The notes below the pieces were generated by a model, which was given only the letters and a program-made list of their open reading frames with translations, ran no database searches and was not told the origin of the DNA. The translations under genes and the position numbers were made by a program. 64,000 bases of DNA from Eledone cirrhosa (Eukaryota): assembly GCA_964016885.1 (NCBI GenBank), contig OZ024740.1:126604001-126668000 (forward strand). Direction: 5' to 3'. Shown piece by piece: positions 29,296 to 43,670 of this stretch (position 1 is the first letter of the stretch; each line of letters starts with the position of its first letter).

Positions 29296-30559
29296 AGAGC
29301 AGCAGTCATAGCAATAGTTGTTATAATAGTAATCAGTATTATGACTTAAGTAGTTGTGCATGTACGATATTAAAAATCCACTCCTCCTAACAATTAAGTC
29401 AAGGTAAACATAAGTAAGGATTTAACTATATATAAAAATGTATATATGCTTTTCTGCTCATCTTGAAAAAGTAATAATTTTAATAATTTTTTGATTGAAA
29501 TATTAGAAAAATTAAGTAATGAAAAATTGTGGAGGGGTAAAGAAAGGCAGGCCTGACTGTATAGATAGGTAAAGGATAGGACTATGAATGCCATATTTAG
29601 AACAAGTCACTTTTCCTTCCAATCACTTCTTTTCATGCCCTGTAAGCTGTGTCAATATGTGCATCGAAATCTCCCTTCAGGATATTGGCTCAGTCGTAAT
29701 TACATCGAATGCTGCAGTGAATTCATTAAGGAAAGATCTGTATTTGGGCTACTTGTTCAGTGCATAAACTTGCACAACATACAGAGATCTGTCTTTCAGA
29801 CTATGCTTCAAGAGCTATATCCTCCCTCCTAATGTGATCCAGTCCATAACACGTTCTGACCGCCGGGTGCTTGTGTACCCCCCCCCCCCCCACACACACT
29901 CCCGCTTGTGCAGTCATTTCTAGCGCTACACCTGAATAGATTTTACGTTTTGAAATCCTGAATAGATTTTACGTTTTGAAATGGAGACTTCAATATATTT
30001 TTGGAACAGGCTCCTCTACCTAAGGCATGAACGTTTCCCTTGTTAACCGGCACATAGGACCATGTAGTATGGTTCTCTTTCGTACTTCCCACCATATTGC
30101 AGATTTGTTGGCCTTATATGCACCAGACACAAATCTGGTCCATTCTGTCACCCGAGAAGACTTGACAATTTAGAGGCGGTCTTCACTCACCTCGTCATAA
30201 CTACATCACTGGGTTGTCAGAGTTTTCTTTAGAGCTACAGGTGTCATCCATTGCTCCATCTTTCTAGTAGTCTACTGCTGTTGATCACGGATTAATTATT
30301 CGTCCGGCATTTTCCGGCTTATATCGCAACCAATCATCATATCTTGTCGCCGTGTCGCTATCCACCTCCTGCGATCGGTTCTCTAGCAAAACGTCTCTGC
30401 AGAGATTTCAAAAAGGGAAACAAATGTCTTGCAGTGAATTATCGTTCCTTTTCATTCACCTCTCATATCTTTAACTTATTTTAGAGCGTGCTGAGATCAC
30501 GGATATCTCATTTCCATGAAACCAACGATCTGCGGAACTACAAGATAAATGGGTTCCGT

Positions 30560-31335
30560 AATATAAGGGACTGCCTAACACAGCTTTTGCATCAATTTAA
30601 TGACATTCAAGAGATCTGGGGAAGGGAACAACACTGATGTCATATACTTTTATTTCAACAAGGGCTTTGACAGGGTTGAACACAACATCCAGTTGAAAAA
30701 AAAAACTATTTAACACTCGTGTCACATGAAAATTACCACAAAGACAACCCAACATGTTGTGTTTGAAAGATTTTAATCAAGCTTAGCCAAATTCAATAGA
30801 GATGTCCCACAAAGCATCGTGTTGGGTCCACTTCTCTTCATTGTGTGTAGCAATGTCATTATCGACGTCAAAAAGCACCACATCTTAAAAATATTCGCAG
30901 AAAGACCAAAGCTCCAGAAGGTCATGAATGGATTCGGAGAATATTCCATCAGTTATAATCAAATGATTTTAGCATTATCTTTAAAAAACTTCCTTGGTAT
31001 TAGAACCCATGCTATCACCCCACTACAAATACCAAACTCGAATCTCATAACAATCATTTAACCCCAACTGGTCCCGCTCTCGTTTACATCATACACTTAA
31101 ACACAGAAACAGATCACATAAAACTCAAAATGTATTTCGACAAGTTCTTCCAAAAGACTCCGGATAAACCTCATACATACAGATATGTCTCCGAAAATTA
31201 TAACTCTCTATGCGAGTGGGCCAAGGTGTCCAAATCATTGTTTGAAAGAAATTACCAGGTGATTCTGTTAGGTTAGTCATGGCTTGGGTCAATATTAGCC
31301 GAAACCTATCAATGTTATTGAACCTAATAAACCTT
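30560..31335 (+). mobile_element. Degenerate CR1-group LINE 3' fragment
   Basis: DVIYFYFNKGFDRVEHN; VPQSIVLGPLLFI; short-repeat 3' tail. Confidence 0.7.
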
Positions 31336-31399
31336 TATTTGTCTGCCTCTCTATTTCGTTCCCGTCCAAATCTGCACTATATATATATATTTATATATA

Positions 31400-31787
31400 T
31401 ATTTATTAAAATAACAGATTAAAGTTTAAGCAAAGAATCGCTGCTTTCACCCTTAACGGGATCTTCTGAAACTAACAAAGTCAATCTGTAAACGCAGAAC
31501 TGGATGGATATTTCAAAAAACGTTGCAACCGGAGGAAGACAGGAAGACGATACTTTGGTTTGTGGAAACGTTCGCTGGCAAAGAACGGGAAAAAACGAAT
31601 AATACATCATTAATAGGAGCGGTGAAAAACAATTACGCGCAAAGGGTGAAAGCAGCGATTCTTTGCTTAAACTTTAATCTGTTATTTTAATAAATATTTG
31701 CTCTACGGTTCTTATATATTTGATATATATTTATCCTTATCGAGCCCTCTTTGGATTTTAGTCTTCAAATTTATTATTATTACTATA
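31400..31787. mobile_element. Fold-back terminal fragment of the 5402 PLE family
   Basis: 31400-31643 (-) is joined to 31642-31787 (+), which starts inside HHR stem II (aagggtgaaagc). Confidence 0.85.
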
Positions 31788-31807
31788 CATATATATATAT
31801 ATATATT

Positions 31808-32155
31808 GCATGTGCGACCATTTTTCTTACCTGATCAGTGTTTTGGGGGTCCGTATAGCTTTGGTCCACCCAATCCACCTTCCTATGGGAGTCTTTTTAG
31901 CCATTGAGGTTATGGTGGGGGGTCTACCTCTTATAGGTCTACTAGGGCAGAAACATCTAAGGTCATGGCTGTCTAGGTAGTCAGTGTCGTAGGTAAGTCT
32001 AAGTAGGAGGCCCAGTTCGTCTGTGTCGACGTCGCAGAACTCCACCTCACTCTCAATGATCATCTCCACACATCTTTTCACAGCAAAATCAATGTTAATG
32101 GATGGGTACAGTGACACCACATCCATGCTGCCTATTATGCAGTTGGATAGGCTCC
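31808..32155 (-). pseudogene. Reverse transcriptase fragment of a different PLE family
   Basis: IIGSMDVVSLYPSI is RT motif A of PLE type. Confidence 0.65.
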
Positions 32156-32259
32156 TATATATATATGTGTTTGTCTATATTGTATCTGTATTATTTTTGA
32201 CCGCCGGTCAGTCAATGGCAACATTGAGGACCGAGTAAGTTAGATCGCAGATATATATA

Positions 32260-32420
32260 TATAAAAACAGCGAGAAGCGAAAACCAACCAAACAGTGAGT
32301 GTGTTCTGTTATTAATTCTGGCAATATTACGCAAATATGACCCTCCCCAAATATAACAATATCTGTTTCGACACACGATTTCATATAAAAAACCTCGCAA
32401 AACTAATTCATCGCCGCTAT
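32260..32420. repeat. Short interspersed repeat
   Basis: Near-identical to 62068-62212. Confidence 0.75.
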
Positions 32421-33386
32421 ATATATATATATATATATATAAATATATTTATATATATTTAAATATGTATATGTATATATATAAATAGGAAATATCTGCT
32501 TACCATTGAAATACCCATCATAATAATCGATCAATATAAACGGTGTGTGAGAAAATCATGTGAAGTCTCTTAGGAGATGGAGAAGCGTAGACTGAGGTGC
32601 CGGCAAAAAGTCGAACCTTGAATCTCTCGAATGGTAGGTGAGAGAGTGAACCTCTATGCAACAGACTCATTTGACAACACTTCCTTTTTCTTTTATATTT
32701 TAAACCATTACCTAGATGTGTACACAAAGGATGCAGAATCATTGGGGATATTTATGATTTAAAATGTGTATGTCCCAATGTAAGTAACTTTCATAACAGG
32801 GAAATATTATGAAAATACAAATTAATGGCCAACCAATCTTTAATGAAGTGGTTGAAGCATTTAACCGTTACCCGAGAGGTGTGGTGTTTGATTCCTCGCT
32901 AATGCTTCTGCTCTGATTCGACCGTCTTAAGGGTAACATTAGCTGAATTTCTCACATATTGATAGAGGTCGACATTTATAAAGGTCATTTGCATTCTGAT
33001 TCATATTTTTCAGATTACAGATTTCAAGTTTTGTCAATTTTCGTGAGCCAACAACAATCGTTACACATACAGACGGACATACAAACTCAGACACAAACAC
33101 ACACGCAAACGCACACACACAAACAAACCCACATACATAGCCAAATATGTCACTCTTTCCTTCTTTCGTTCTTTCATTCTCTCTCTCTCTATATATATAT
33201 ATATGTATATATATATATTAAAGGAACGATCGACTTTCGTCAAATCGGACCGAGGGAACAATGTTTCCGTTTGTCTTTCCAATTGCTAATACTATCTATC
33301 GGTCGCAACTTCATATATATATATATATATATATGAAAAACGTAAAATAAGAAAATTATAAAAATTAACTTACTTACTAAAATTTC

Positions 33387-33470
33387 ACTCCAACTAATTA
33401 GTTTCTAAAAGGGAATAAACATGGTTTCCGAAAGGAACACATGGAGAAAGCCTTTCGTCATCAGGGAAGT
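33387..33470 (-). ncRNA. Type I hammerhead ribozyme (38572 family, different stem II)
   Basis: Reverse complement: ttcc-CTGATGA-cgaaagg...cctttta-GAAACTAATTAGTT-ggagt. Confidence 0.72.
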
Positions 33471-33632
33471 AAATATTCTCTCTATCTGATAGTTTGTAAA
33501 CTTACATAGATCAATAACTGAGCATAGATACAATGTATTATCACCATCTAGAAACGATCGTAAAGCAGTGAAGTATATCTCTAATGACTTGATTTTTTAT
33601 TTCATTGTTTTAACTTATAGTTATACACACAC

Positions 33633-33730
<98 letters not shown>

Positions 33731-33890
33731 CTATAAGTTAAAACAATGAAATAAAAAATCAAGTCATTAGAGATATACTTCACTGCTTTACGATCGTTTC
33801 TAGATGGTGATAATACATTGTATATATGCTCAGTTATTGATGTATGTAAGTTTACAAACTATCAGAATAGAGAGAATATTTACTTACATG
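33467..33890. repeat. Inverted repeat around (TA)n(TG)n with HHR 3' half
   Basis: 33467-33620 is inverted to 33732-33886. Contains GAAACGATCGTA-aagc. Confidence 0.8.
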
Positions 33891-34049
33891 CATATCACCA
33901 GCTTTTTTCAAAAGCAATAATAATTTTATTCAATAATAATTTTACTCAGAATTAGTATCATGTCCATATTTGGAGGTAGTTGAAGAACTAACGAATCACA
34001 TTGTTTTGTTTCATATGGTGTTAAGATTAAAAGTAATACACTTTAGTTA

Positions 34050-35345
34050 AGGTCTACAACGAGGCCTTAACTAGAAGTGGATATAAAGAAAATATCTCAT
34101 ATATCCCCAACACTACTATGGACCAAAACATAAAACCTAAAAAAAACTACAAACACCAAAAAATACCAGTAAAACAAATACCTAAAGTGGTTAATACCTA
34201 AAGTGGTTATTCCTATTACACCAAACAATCGAAAAACCACAATAACTATTATTACACGATCTATGACAAATGTTATCAACCCACATATGAATACCAAGCA
34301 CTCAAAATCTCATAATCTACCCACAAATAACACCAAATACAACCATGATGATTTGCCAAATTCCACAAATAAGGACACTAACCATAGGAACTCTTCTAGA
34401 ACACAACACAATAATATAAGGGATAATAAAAATTTAACTAAAAAACGCAAAAGAAACATAACATGGTACAACGCACCCTTCAACGTGCAAACTATTGGAC
34501 AACTCCCCCCAAAATTCCTTGAAATACTGCATAAACATTTTCCACCAAACCACAGATACCACCAAATATTTAACAAATATACTGTAAAATTATCATACTC
34601 TACATCAAACAATCTCAAACAAAACATAAGCAACTACAACATTTATAAACTTAAAAATAATACGACTACACCACCGCAACATAATTTAAATAGGGCTGCA
34701 CCTTTTAAAAAGACAAATAATACAATTCTTCAACCTAGAAAACACAACCACCCAAATCACCAACACAAAATCAACAGAACACAAAATTACAATACAACTC
34801 TAGTACCAAACCACCCACAAAGCAACCTTCATTCTCCTGCTATCATTAATTACAATAGGAATAGTTCAAGGATAAATGAGAATAGTACAGGCACCCCTAA
34901 AACCATCTTACGTATGGCAGAAATTGCAGAAATAGAAGCATTTGCCCCTTAAATGGAAACTGTTTGATTAATAATGTAGTATATAAATGCACTATGTCTA
35001 CTACAGACTCCAACAAAACATATTTAGGATCTACATCAAACACACATTTAAGAAAATATTTTACGCACACTCTAGTAGTTTCAACGATACTAAACTAGCA
35101 AACACAACATCTTTAGCTGAAGCGGTCAATAATTATAAAAAGAAAAAAAATAGATTTTAAGTTATCGTGGAACACCATTCTACAAAAAACTCCATATCTT
35201 TGAAACAGGTGGGAATGCAGATTATGTTCAGGAGAGATCTTGGAAATTACAAAATCTAAGGACGATTTATTAAATAAAAGACAGGAATTGATCATAGTCT
35301 GTAATCACTGTATACGAAAAACATTTTATATATAAACCTAATTAA
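34050..35345 (+). mobile_element. Naiad-like PLE fragment with long low-complexity inserts
   Basis: ALTRSGYKE; KRKRNITWYNAPF..LHKHFPPNHRY..VKLSYS; NCRNRSICPLNGNCL..VVYKC..YLGST; CRLCSGE; LLNKRQE..CNH. Confidence 0.85.
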
Positions 35346-35979
35346 ATATTCTAAATAGCAACTCACTATAATTCCGTATAGAATAACATTTATTACTACC
35401 TCTTTCGCCTAATTATATGCTTTCATGCTTATTTTTGCCTTTTAATGTTTTAGCTTCCTTAGATTTATGCGTTAATGACTAAAGGCAACAAGATACACAG
35501 CCACCCGTAATTGCATGAGTGAAAATAAACATCTATGTATGATATGGAAATATATTTATGTGTGTATATATATTTGTATATCTATATATATACATGTATG
35601 TGTATAAGTGTATATGTGTATATGCTGCTGTATGTATGTGTGTGTGTATGTATGTATATGTGTGTGTATGTATATGTGTATATATATATATCGTAAATCA
35701 TGTCTATAGAATTATTAGATAAATAAAATATATACCATTTTCTCTGCTGCCAATCAGCATAATTAACCATATAAAAATCAATTAGACCAAACTATAAGGA
35801 CAAAGGCTCCTATGAAGAAATCTCCGACAAACAAACGAAAGTGGCCTCTTTGCGGTGGCCTCAATAGAGTATTTATCCAACATTTCGACAGCATGTAGAA
35901 ACTGACCAAATATACAATCAACCATACACAATTTAGTGTAAATTCAAACTTAGAAGAAATGTTTACATACCGTAACTAT

Positions 35980-36057
35980 ATCTCTACCATGGTTTCATCC
36001 GTATTTTTAGATATCCAATTAAAAGGAAATCCACAGAGTTCGGATTCATCAGGAGAC
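35980..36057 (-). ncRNA. Type I hammerhead ribozyme
   Basis: Reverse complement: gtctc-CTGATGA-atccg...cggat-GAAACCATGGTA-gagat. Confidence 0.85.
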
Positions 36058-36627
36058 AAACTCAAAAATAGTCACTTAGTATTCCAAAACGATCGCGCCA
36101 AAATTAGATTCGAAAATGGCTTAGAATCACAATATGGCCGTGGTCAAGTTGGAAAGAATGTGATTGGTTGCTTACGGCGGGTAGGCTTGTTGCTAGAAAG
36201 CACAACCAACTATCGCCAAATTGCATCTCAACATAACGGGAGATTATTAAATATAAAGGTATACATAAAGGTATATATGTAACAACCGGTCACTTTGTGG
36301 CTCTATGGAGAATTAATAGATTAACTAATCAGAGCAATATATCATAAATCATATCTATAGAATTATTAGATAAATAAAATATATACCATTTTCTCTGCCA
36401 ATCAGCATAATTAACCATATAAAAATCAATTAGACCAAGCTATAAGGATAAAGGCTCCTATGAAGAAACCTCCGACAAACAAACGAAAGTGGCCTCTTCG
36501 CGGTGGCATCAAAAGAGTATTTATCCAACATTTCGACAGCATGTAGAAACTGACCAAATATACAATCAACCAGACACAATTTGGTGTGAATTCAAACTTA
36601 GAAGAAATGTGTACATACCGTAATTAT

Positions 36628-36705
36628 ATCTCTACCATGGTTTCATCCGTATTTTTAGATATCCAATTAAAAGGAAATCCACAGAGTTCGGATTCATCAG
36701 GAGAC
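36628..36705 (-). ncRNA. Type I hammerhead ribozyme (second copy)
   Basis: Same motif as 35980-36057. Confidence 0.85.
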
Positions 36706-37161
36706 AAACTCAAAAATAGACACTTAGTATTCCAAAGCGATCGCGCCAAAATTAGATTCGAAAATGGCTTAGAATCACAATATGGCCGTGGTCAAGTTGG
36801 AAAGAATGTGATTGGTTGCTTACGGCGGGTAGGCTTGTTGCTAGAAAGCGCAGCCAAATATCGCCAAATTGCATCTCAACCGGTTGTAACATCTATAACT
36901 TTATGTATATGTAAACCTTTATATATATATATATATATAAATATGGGTGTGGATATATATGTGTATATATATATATATATGTATGTGAATATGTATGTAT
37001 ATATATATGTGTGTGTTGTATATATATATATATATGTGGTGTGTATGTATATGTATATATATGTATATATATATATATATGTATATATATGTATATATAT
37101 GTGTATGTATATATGTATGTATGTATGTGTCTATATGTATGTACATGTATATATGTATCTA

Positions 37162-37212
<51 letters not shown>

Positions 37213-37219
37213 ATGTATC

Positions 37220-37250
<31 letters not shown>

Positions 37251-37856
37251 ATGGGGGGTATAGATGTGTATGTGTGGATATAGATATGTATGGATATGTA
37301 TATATATGATTATATGCATGCGTGTGGATGTGTATTTAGGTTTGCATCTATTTGCACGTATGTATATTTTGGTTAGATATAAATATAACTGTACCTCTCT
37401 CTATATGTGGTGTGAATATATACACTTTGTAGACTATGAAATTTATGTTTTAACTATGCCAACATGTACTATCTGAGTTTCATTGTTTATGCATAAACAT
37501 ACCTAGTAATATATTAGAGCGCATAATATGTTATAGTATACTGAGTACAATTTACCATACCGTACTATATTCTGTTGGTTAAGTTGTGTATTATCGCATA
37601 ACTATATCACATTATCTTATAATTTTCATCTTTTAGTATACTATCTTTCCTAGCCATAACATTAATTTATATTAACCTTAAAACTCAATACAACACTAAT
37701 CACCATTTATTTTGACATTCCTTTTAAATTCACTATACAAGATACATTCAACTATCAGTTTGACAATCCCCTTCCTTCCTAATAGGTTCTTATGCCATCT
37801 CTACTAACACCTTTCAACCATTCCTTTCAAAGAGTCATGACCTTAACTATACACAT

Positions 37857-37943
<87 letters not shown>

Positions 37944-37960
37944 CATAAATATATATATAT

Positions 37961-38013
<53 letters not shown>

Positions 38014-38137
38014 TATTATATATACATACATTACTAATATATACATACATTACTTTTCATCTTAACACCATATGAAAAAAACAATTTGATTCATTAGTTC
38101 TTCATACAGAATAGACCCCACAACATACAGTGGATGC

Positions 38138-38231
<94 letters not shown>

Positions 38232-38233
<2 letters not shown>

Positions 38234-38443
38234 TTTGAGTTCATGTTGGTTGTATACCAACACCTAAGTATGCAGGCTGGAACACTCGACGAAGTGCGCA
38301 GGTTGGTTTGGTTACTCCGGAGTAGTGTAAAATAAAGTTAAATAAAAGTCAAATGATTAAAATTTAGCTTCGTTTATTACTGCTATAGATATTTCAGTGA
38401 CAGCCATCTTTGTCTGTGTTATTTTAATGAGGAACTGGAGTCA

Positions 38444-38445
<2 letters not shown>
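38232..38445 (-). mobile_element. Deleted copy of the 62981-63660 HHR family
   Basis: Matches 62981-63170 and is broken within HHR stem II. Confidence 0.75.
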
Positions 38446-38504
<59 letters not shown>

Positions 38505-38571
38505 CGTAAAATAAGAAAATATTTTTTAAAAAAATATTTAAAAAATTTTTTACTTACTTACTTAAATTTTC

Positions 38572-38653
38572 ACTCCAACTAATTAGTTTCTGCAATGGGA
38601 TAAAGACAGTTACATAATCCAACTGTCGAGAATTCATTGCGTCATCAGGGAGT
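38572..38653 (-). ncRNA. Type I hammerhead ribozyme
   Basis: Reverse complement: actcc-CTGATGA-cgcaatg..gacagtt..aactgtc..cattgca-GAAACTAATTAGTT-ggagt. Confidence 0.85.
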
Positions 38654-39124
38654 CTATTCTCAGCTGAGCCTCCAGGCAATGCGCGGACACTGGCGGCTCA
38701 TATAAAAATAATAATTCGGTAGAAAGAACAGCTAGGCGAGGACTGGATTCTATGTACTGAAATTCTCACTGCTTCCAGTCAAATGGCCGATTCTAAAGAA
38801 TCAATCACGTGACATAGAGGCTAGTTAGAAGGAATGGGATGGTAAGATGACTGACGCCTACTAACACCCCAAAAAAAATTTTGAAGTGGTTTTGGCAGGT
38901 TTGCTCGACAAATCAGTGATTTGGAGATAAATATAGATAATTTAATATATCAACTAACATAGGCGCACAGATGCACGTCCATGCCAGCAAATACACAGGT
39001 TATGTCATAGTACCTAGGTGGTTCAATGCAGGAGGGTGCAGAACAATAATATAAAAGACGTAAAATAAGAAAATATTTTTTAAAAAAATTTTAAAAAATT
39101 TTTTACTTACTTACTTAAATTTTC

Positions 39125-39206
39125 ACTCCAACTAATTAGTTTCTGCAATGGGATAAAGACAGTTACATAATCCAACTGTCGAGAATTCATTGCGTCATCA
39201 GGGAGT
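39125..39206 (-). ncRNA. Type I hammerhead ribozyme
   Basis: Copy of the 38572 motif. Confidence 0.85.
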
Positions 39207-39678
39207 CTATTCTCAGCTGAGCCTCCAGGCAATGCGCGGACACTGGCGGCTCATATAAAAATAATAATTCGGTAGAAAGAACAGCTAGGCGAGGACTGGA
39301 TTCTATGTACTGAAATTCTCACTGCTTCCAGTCAAATGGCCGATTCTAAAGAATCAATCACGTGACATAGAGGCTAGTTAGAAGGAATGGGATGGTAAGA
39401 TGACTGACGCCTACTAACACCCCAAAAAAAATTTTTAAGTGGTTTTGGCAGGTTTGCTCGACAAATCAGTGATTTGGAGATAAATATAGATAATTTAATA
39501 TATCAACTAACATAGGCGCACAGATGCACGTCCATGCCAGCAAATACACAGGTTATGTCATAGTACCTAGGTGGTTCAATGCAGGAGGGTGCAGAACAAT
39601 AATATAAAAGACGTAAAATAAGAAAATATTTTTTAAAAAAATTTTTAAAAAATTTTTTACTTACTTACTTAAATTTTC

Positions 39679-39760
39679 ACTCCAACTAATTAGTTTCTGC
39701 AATGGGATAAAGACAGTTACATAATCCAATTGTCGAGAATTCATTGCGTCATCAGGGAGT
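39679..39760 (-). ncRNA. Type I hammerhead ribozyme
   Basis: Copy of the 38572 motif. The element ends 5 nt beyond stem I. Confidence 0.83.
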
Positions 39761-39793
39761 CTATTATATATATATATATATGTATATATAATA

Positions 39794-39930
<137 letters not shown>

Positions 39931-39969
39931 ATATATATATATTTATGTATATATATATATATATATATA

Positions 39970-40155
39970 CGTTATTCCGGGTTGAATCGGAGGTAACCAC
40001 AGTAAGTAAGGTACTCAATACATAGCAGAGTATAACAGTTTTAATGTACATGAGATTCTACAGGACTAGAACTGTTTCATTCCTGATGATTTCTAATGAA
40101 TGAAACAGTTCTAGTCCTGTAGAATCTCATCTACATTAAAACTTTTATACTCTGG
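39970..40155. repeat. Fold-back of an HHR-family terminus, with an HHR at 40079-40125 (+)
   Basis: attc-CTGATGA-tttctaatgaat-GAAACAG..CTGTA-gaat. The left arm is the reverse complement of the right arm. Confidence 0.8.
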
Positions 40156-40216
<61 letters not shown>

Positions 40217-40252
40217 ATATATATGTGTATATATATATATATTTATATATAT

Positions 40253-40339
<87 letters not shown>

Positions 40340-40429
40340 TACATTGATTTCCAGGCGTTAATAGAGGAGATATGACAGTCCGTTTTCCATTGTTTTTTTA
40401 CATTGTCTTTGACACTTGCATCCCCTATT

Positions 40430-40514
<85 letters not shown>

Positions 40515-40522
<8 letters not shown>

Positions 40523-40930
40523 TAAACGGAATAGAAAATGCTGACAAATTGTTCACAGTTGAAAAATGGTTTAATTAGGAATAAAAGAGTATTAGTGATT
40601 GTATGGGTTAGTATTCAGTTGTGGTTTTAAGTTTTTAAGCTTTTACCGGTTGCGCATTTCTAAATGCTTTTCAAAACTAATTTTGAGATAGAGTGTCCGT
40701 GCTGTTTGCTCTGATCAGAGCAAACAGATCAGAGCAAACAGCACGGACACTCTATCTCAAAATTATTTTTGAAAAGCATTTAGAAATGCGCAACCGGTAA
40801 AAACGTAAAAACTTAAAACCACAACTGAATACTAACCCATACAATCACTAATACTCTTTTATTCCTAATTAAACCATTTTTCAACTGTGAACAATTTGTC
40901 AGCATTTTCTATTCCGTTTACCAATATATA
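40515..40930. repeat. ~200-bp-arm near-perfect palindrome
   Basis: 40515-40716 is inverted to 40727-40930. Confidence 0.92.
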
Positions 40931-40959
40931 ATAACTTGTGTGTTACACCTCTATTCTTT

Positions 40960-41028
<69 letters not shown>

Positions 41029-41039
41029 CTATCGAGAAG

Positions 41040-42160
41040 GGTATCTGTCTTGGCCTTGCTGCCTATCTGTTTGAGACGGCGGAGATCATCCATCTCGCCA
41101 CGTTGTCACGCATAACGATGACAGTCGATAATATCTAGCCTCTGCAATATCCAAGTCTTGGATTTTGTCAGGAAATCACGCGCAAACAGGTTGACAATCT
41201 CTTTCAAGGGCTCCGACGTGTCAGTCTCTTCCTCAGCCATAGTGCGGCAGGTACGTGGAGGTAGAAACCAAACGTATCTTCAACTTGATTGCCACCACCA
41301 GCAATCGATGTTCGATATTGCCGAGTTGAGCTTCTTTGTAGACTCGGCAGTGGGTTGCCAACGAACCTCAAATGTCGTTAGATGATGCTGTGGTGGATGG
41401 CCTTCCGGGTGTAGCCGTTTGTTAGAAGTATTCGTTGGAGAAACCTAACGCCTAGAATCAGTGTCAAGATACAACAACCTCGTCCAGGTGTTCAACACAC
41501 CACAGAACACGGGCCGGTTCCTAGATCTCTACTTGCCAGGTGTAGGGTAGCAATGACAGCCTCATCACTACTGAAACTGTGCGTCTCGAATGCTGGAAAG
41601 TGTACATAAGTCTTCTTCTTCATCACCCACCAGTCCCAAACAATCCAAGCCTAATCGTCACCAGGCAGCCGCTGAAACTATCCTGTCATCTCCGACGAAA
41701 TATGTGCCGCCCCGAAGGAGCTCAAGAACCACAAAGCCCCTGGAATCTACACTATCAATGAGGTGATGTTTTAGGCGGGTGAAGATACCATGATCCAATG
41801 GCTCACCCGTATCATCAACCATGTTGTCAGACATGTCTGCGGGCCACCCACGACCTCTTCAACTGAGTCATTGACTATCTGATGACCAAGATCATTGAGA
41901 GTGTCTTTAGCGTTACTTCGGTAACTACCACCTGATCGACCTGGAGTACGCGGACGATACTGTCCTACTCTGCAACTCAATTGGCCATGTCAGGGACGCC
42001 CTAACCATATACCATGAGGAATTAGCAAAGCATGATCTTCCTGTGCGCTGGGTGAAGAAGAAGATGATGCAGGTCGGCGATGGCCCGGATCCTACCCCCG
42101 CTACCAATCACCCCGAGATCATGGAAATTATTAGTTGCTTCATCTATGGATACTTGATGA
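41040..42160 (+). mobile_element. Degenerate RTE-like LINE RT region
   Basis: LIDLEYADDTVLL at 41932-41970, followed by LAKHDLPVRWVKKKMM. Left boundary uncertain. Confidence 0.7.
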
Positions 42161-43174
42161 CGTCACTGCTCTAACTCTTGAAAGAACAAGTTCCGTATTT
42201 CAAACGCGTCTACCGTAATCCTCTATGGAACAGAAAATGGTCATCAGAGCTCCGATAGAAGAGCTCTGATGACCATCTAGAACAGGGGTTGGCATCCTTT
42301 TGCGGTGTGCGGGCCACACTACTATGCAGTATCTATTCGGTGGGCCACACAGCTATTCAGTGTCGCGTCGGCGTGCCATGATATCAAATAAGTAATGAGA
42401 ATATATGTAAAAATGAATACAGTAATATGATAAAATACTATGATATATTTAATAAACAGTGACAAAACTACGATACCTGGTGGTCTATTTAATTCAGCGT
42501 TGCCATTTGTTCGATGAAAAAATTTACTTCTAATAATACTGAACACTTTTAACATAGAAAAATAAATAAACATTGATTATTTTCGAGTACAGTCACTTAT
42601 AGATGTTTTACTACCAGACAGCAAACTCAAATGAAAAAAAAAATGAGGATCAAATGAAATAATTGTATGCCAGACGCGCTGACATTGTTAAGTAACTCTG
42701 GTCCATTCCACATCCCTGTCATACACATACTATGTATGACGTATATACACGAATACACGCACACTAACCCTTGTCCTCGATGTCTAACAATTCTACATGT
42801 CTGAGTTTGATTGTTCGTTACTCTCATGCATGAAATTACGTTCAGCCAAGTGATTCATGTGGCTAGACGTGTTTTCTAGTCGGTATTCTAATCCATAATA
42901 ATTCAAAGCACTTTTTCAAGGATCGCTTAGCATAAGGGGACACAGTGCGGGTGGTACAGGACCACCAGTAACAGAGGGCACTGTTGGTCCTGTTTGGCTT
43001 TAAGCGCGATGATTCTTCTTGGACCACAAAGATTACACAAGTCCTAGCGAGAAAGAGCAATAGATGAAATGAAGATGCATTGAGAGAGAAAGAAAGTGTA
43101 ATAATGTGTGTGTGATAGAGAGAGAGAGGTTGTGAGGGGAAGAGAAACAGTCCAGGCAAAAAAAGGAAGATATG

Positions 43175-43352
<178 letters not shown>

Positions 43353-43635
43353 GGTCTGAGTAATGTGTTAAGTTCTGAAGAGCTACTTATGAACGCGATT
43401 TATATCCCCTTTGTTGACAATATTTTGCAAAGAACAGGGTAATAAACATATTCTGGTAGTTTATTGGTAAAAGCTCTTGTCGGCTTTAGAGTAAATCGTT
43501 ACTAGAATTATATTCTTAACTTCAATCAATATTTACACACATACGCAAACCCTAGCACATACATACATATATACATATATGCACACATACACACATTCAT
43601 ACATGCATACATGAATACATATGGGAATATATAAA

Positions 43636-43670
<35 letters not shown>

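Larger units (their letters stand above)
35695..36880 (-). repeat. ~648-bp partial tandem with one HHR per unit (retrozyme/pLTR-like)
   Basis: 35695-36230 is nearly identical to 36346-36880. Confidence 0.88.
38497..39765 (-). repeat. 553-bp tandem (about 2.3 units) with one HHR per unit, flanked by (TA)n
   Basis: Near-identical units. HHRs at 38572-38653, 39125-39206 and 39679-39760. Confidence 0.92.

Noticed and set aside
35959-36900. Duplicated 107-aa ORF as a protein-coding gene
   Set aside because: It has no recognisable domain, lies antisense to HHRs and runs into microsatellite.
42236-42360. CTGATGA hairpin and possible hAT-type end (caggggttggc)
   Set aside because: No complete HHR fold, and no matching second TIR was found.
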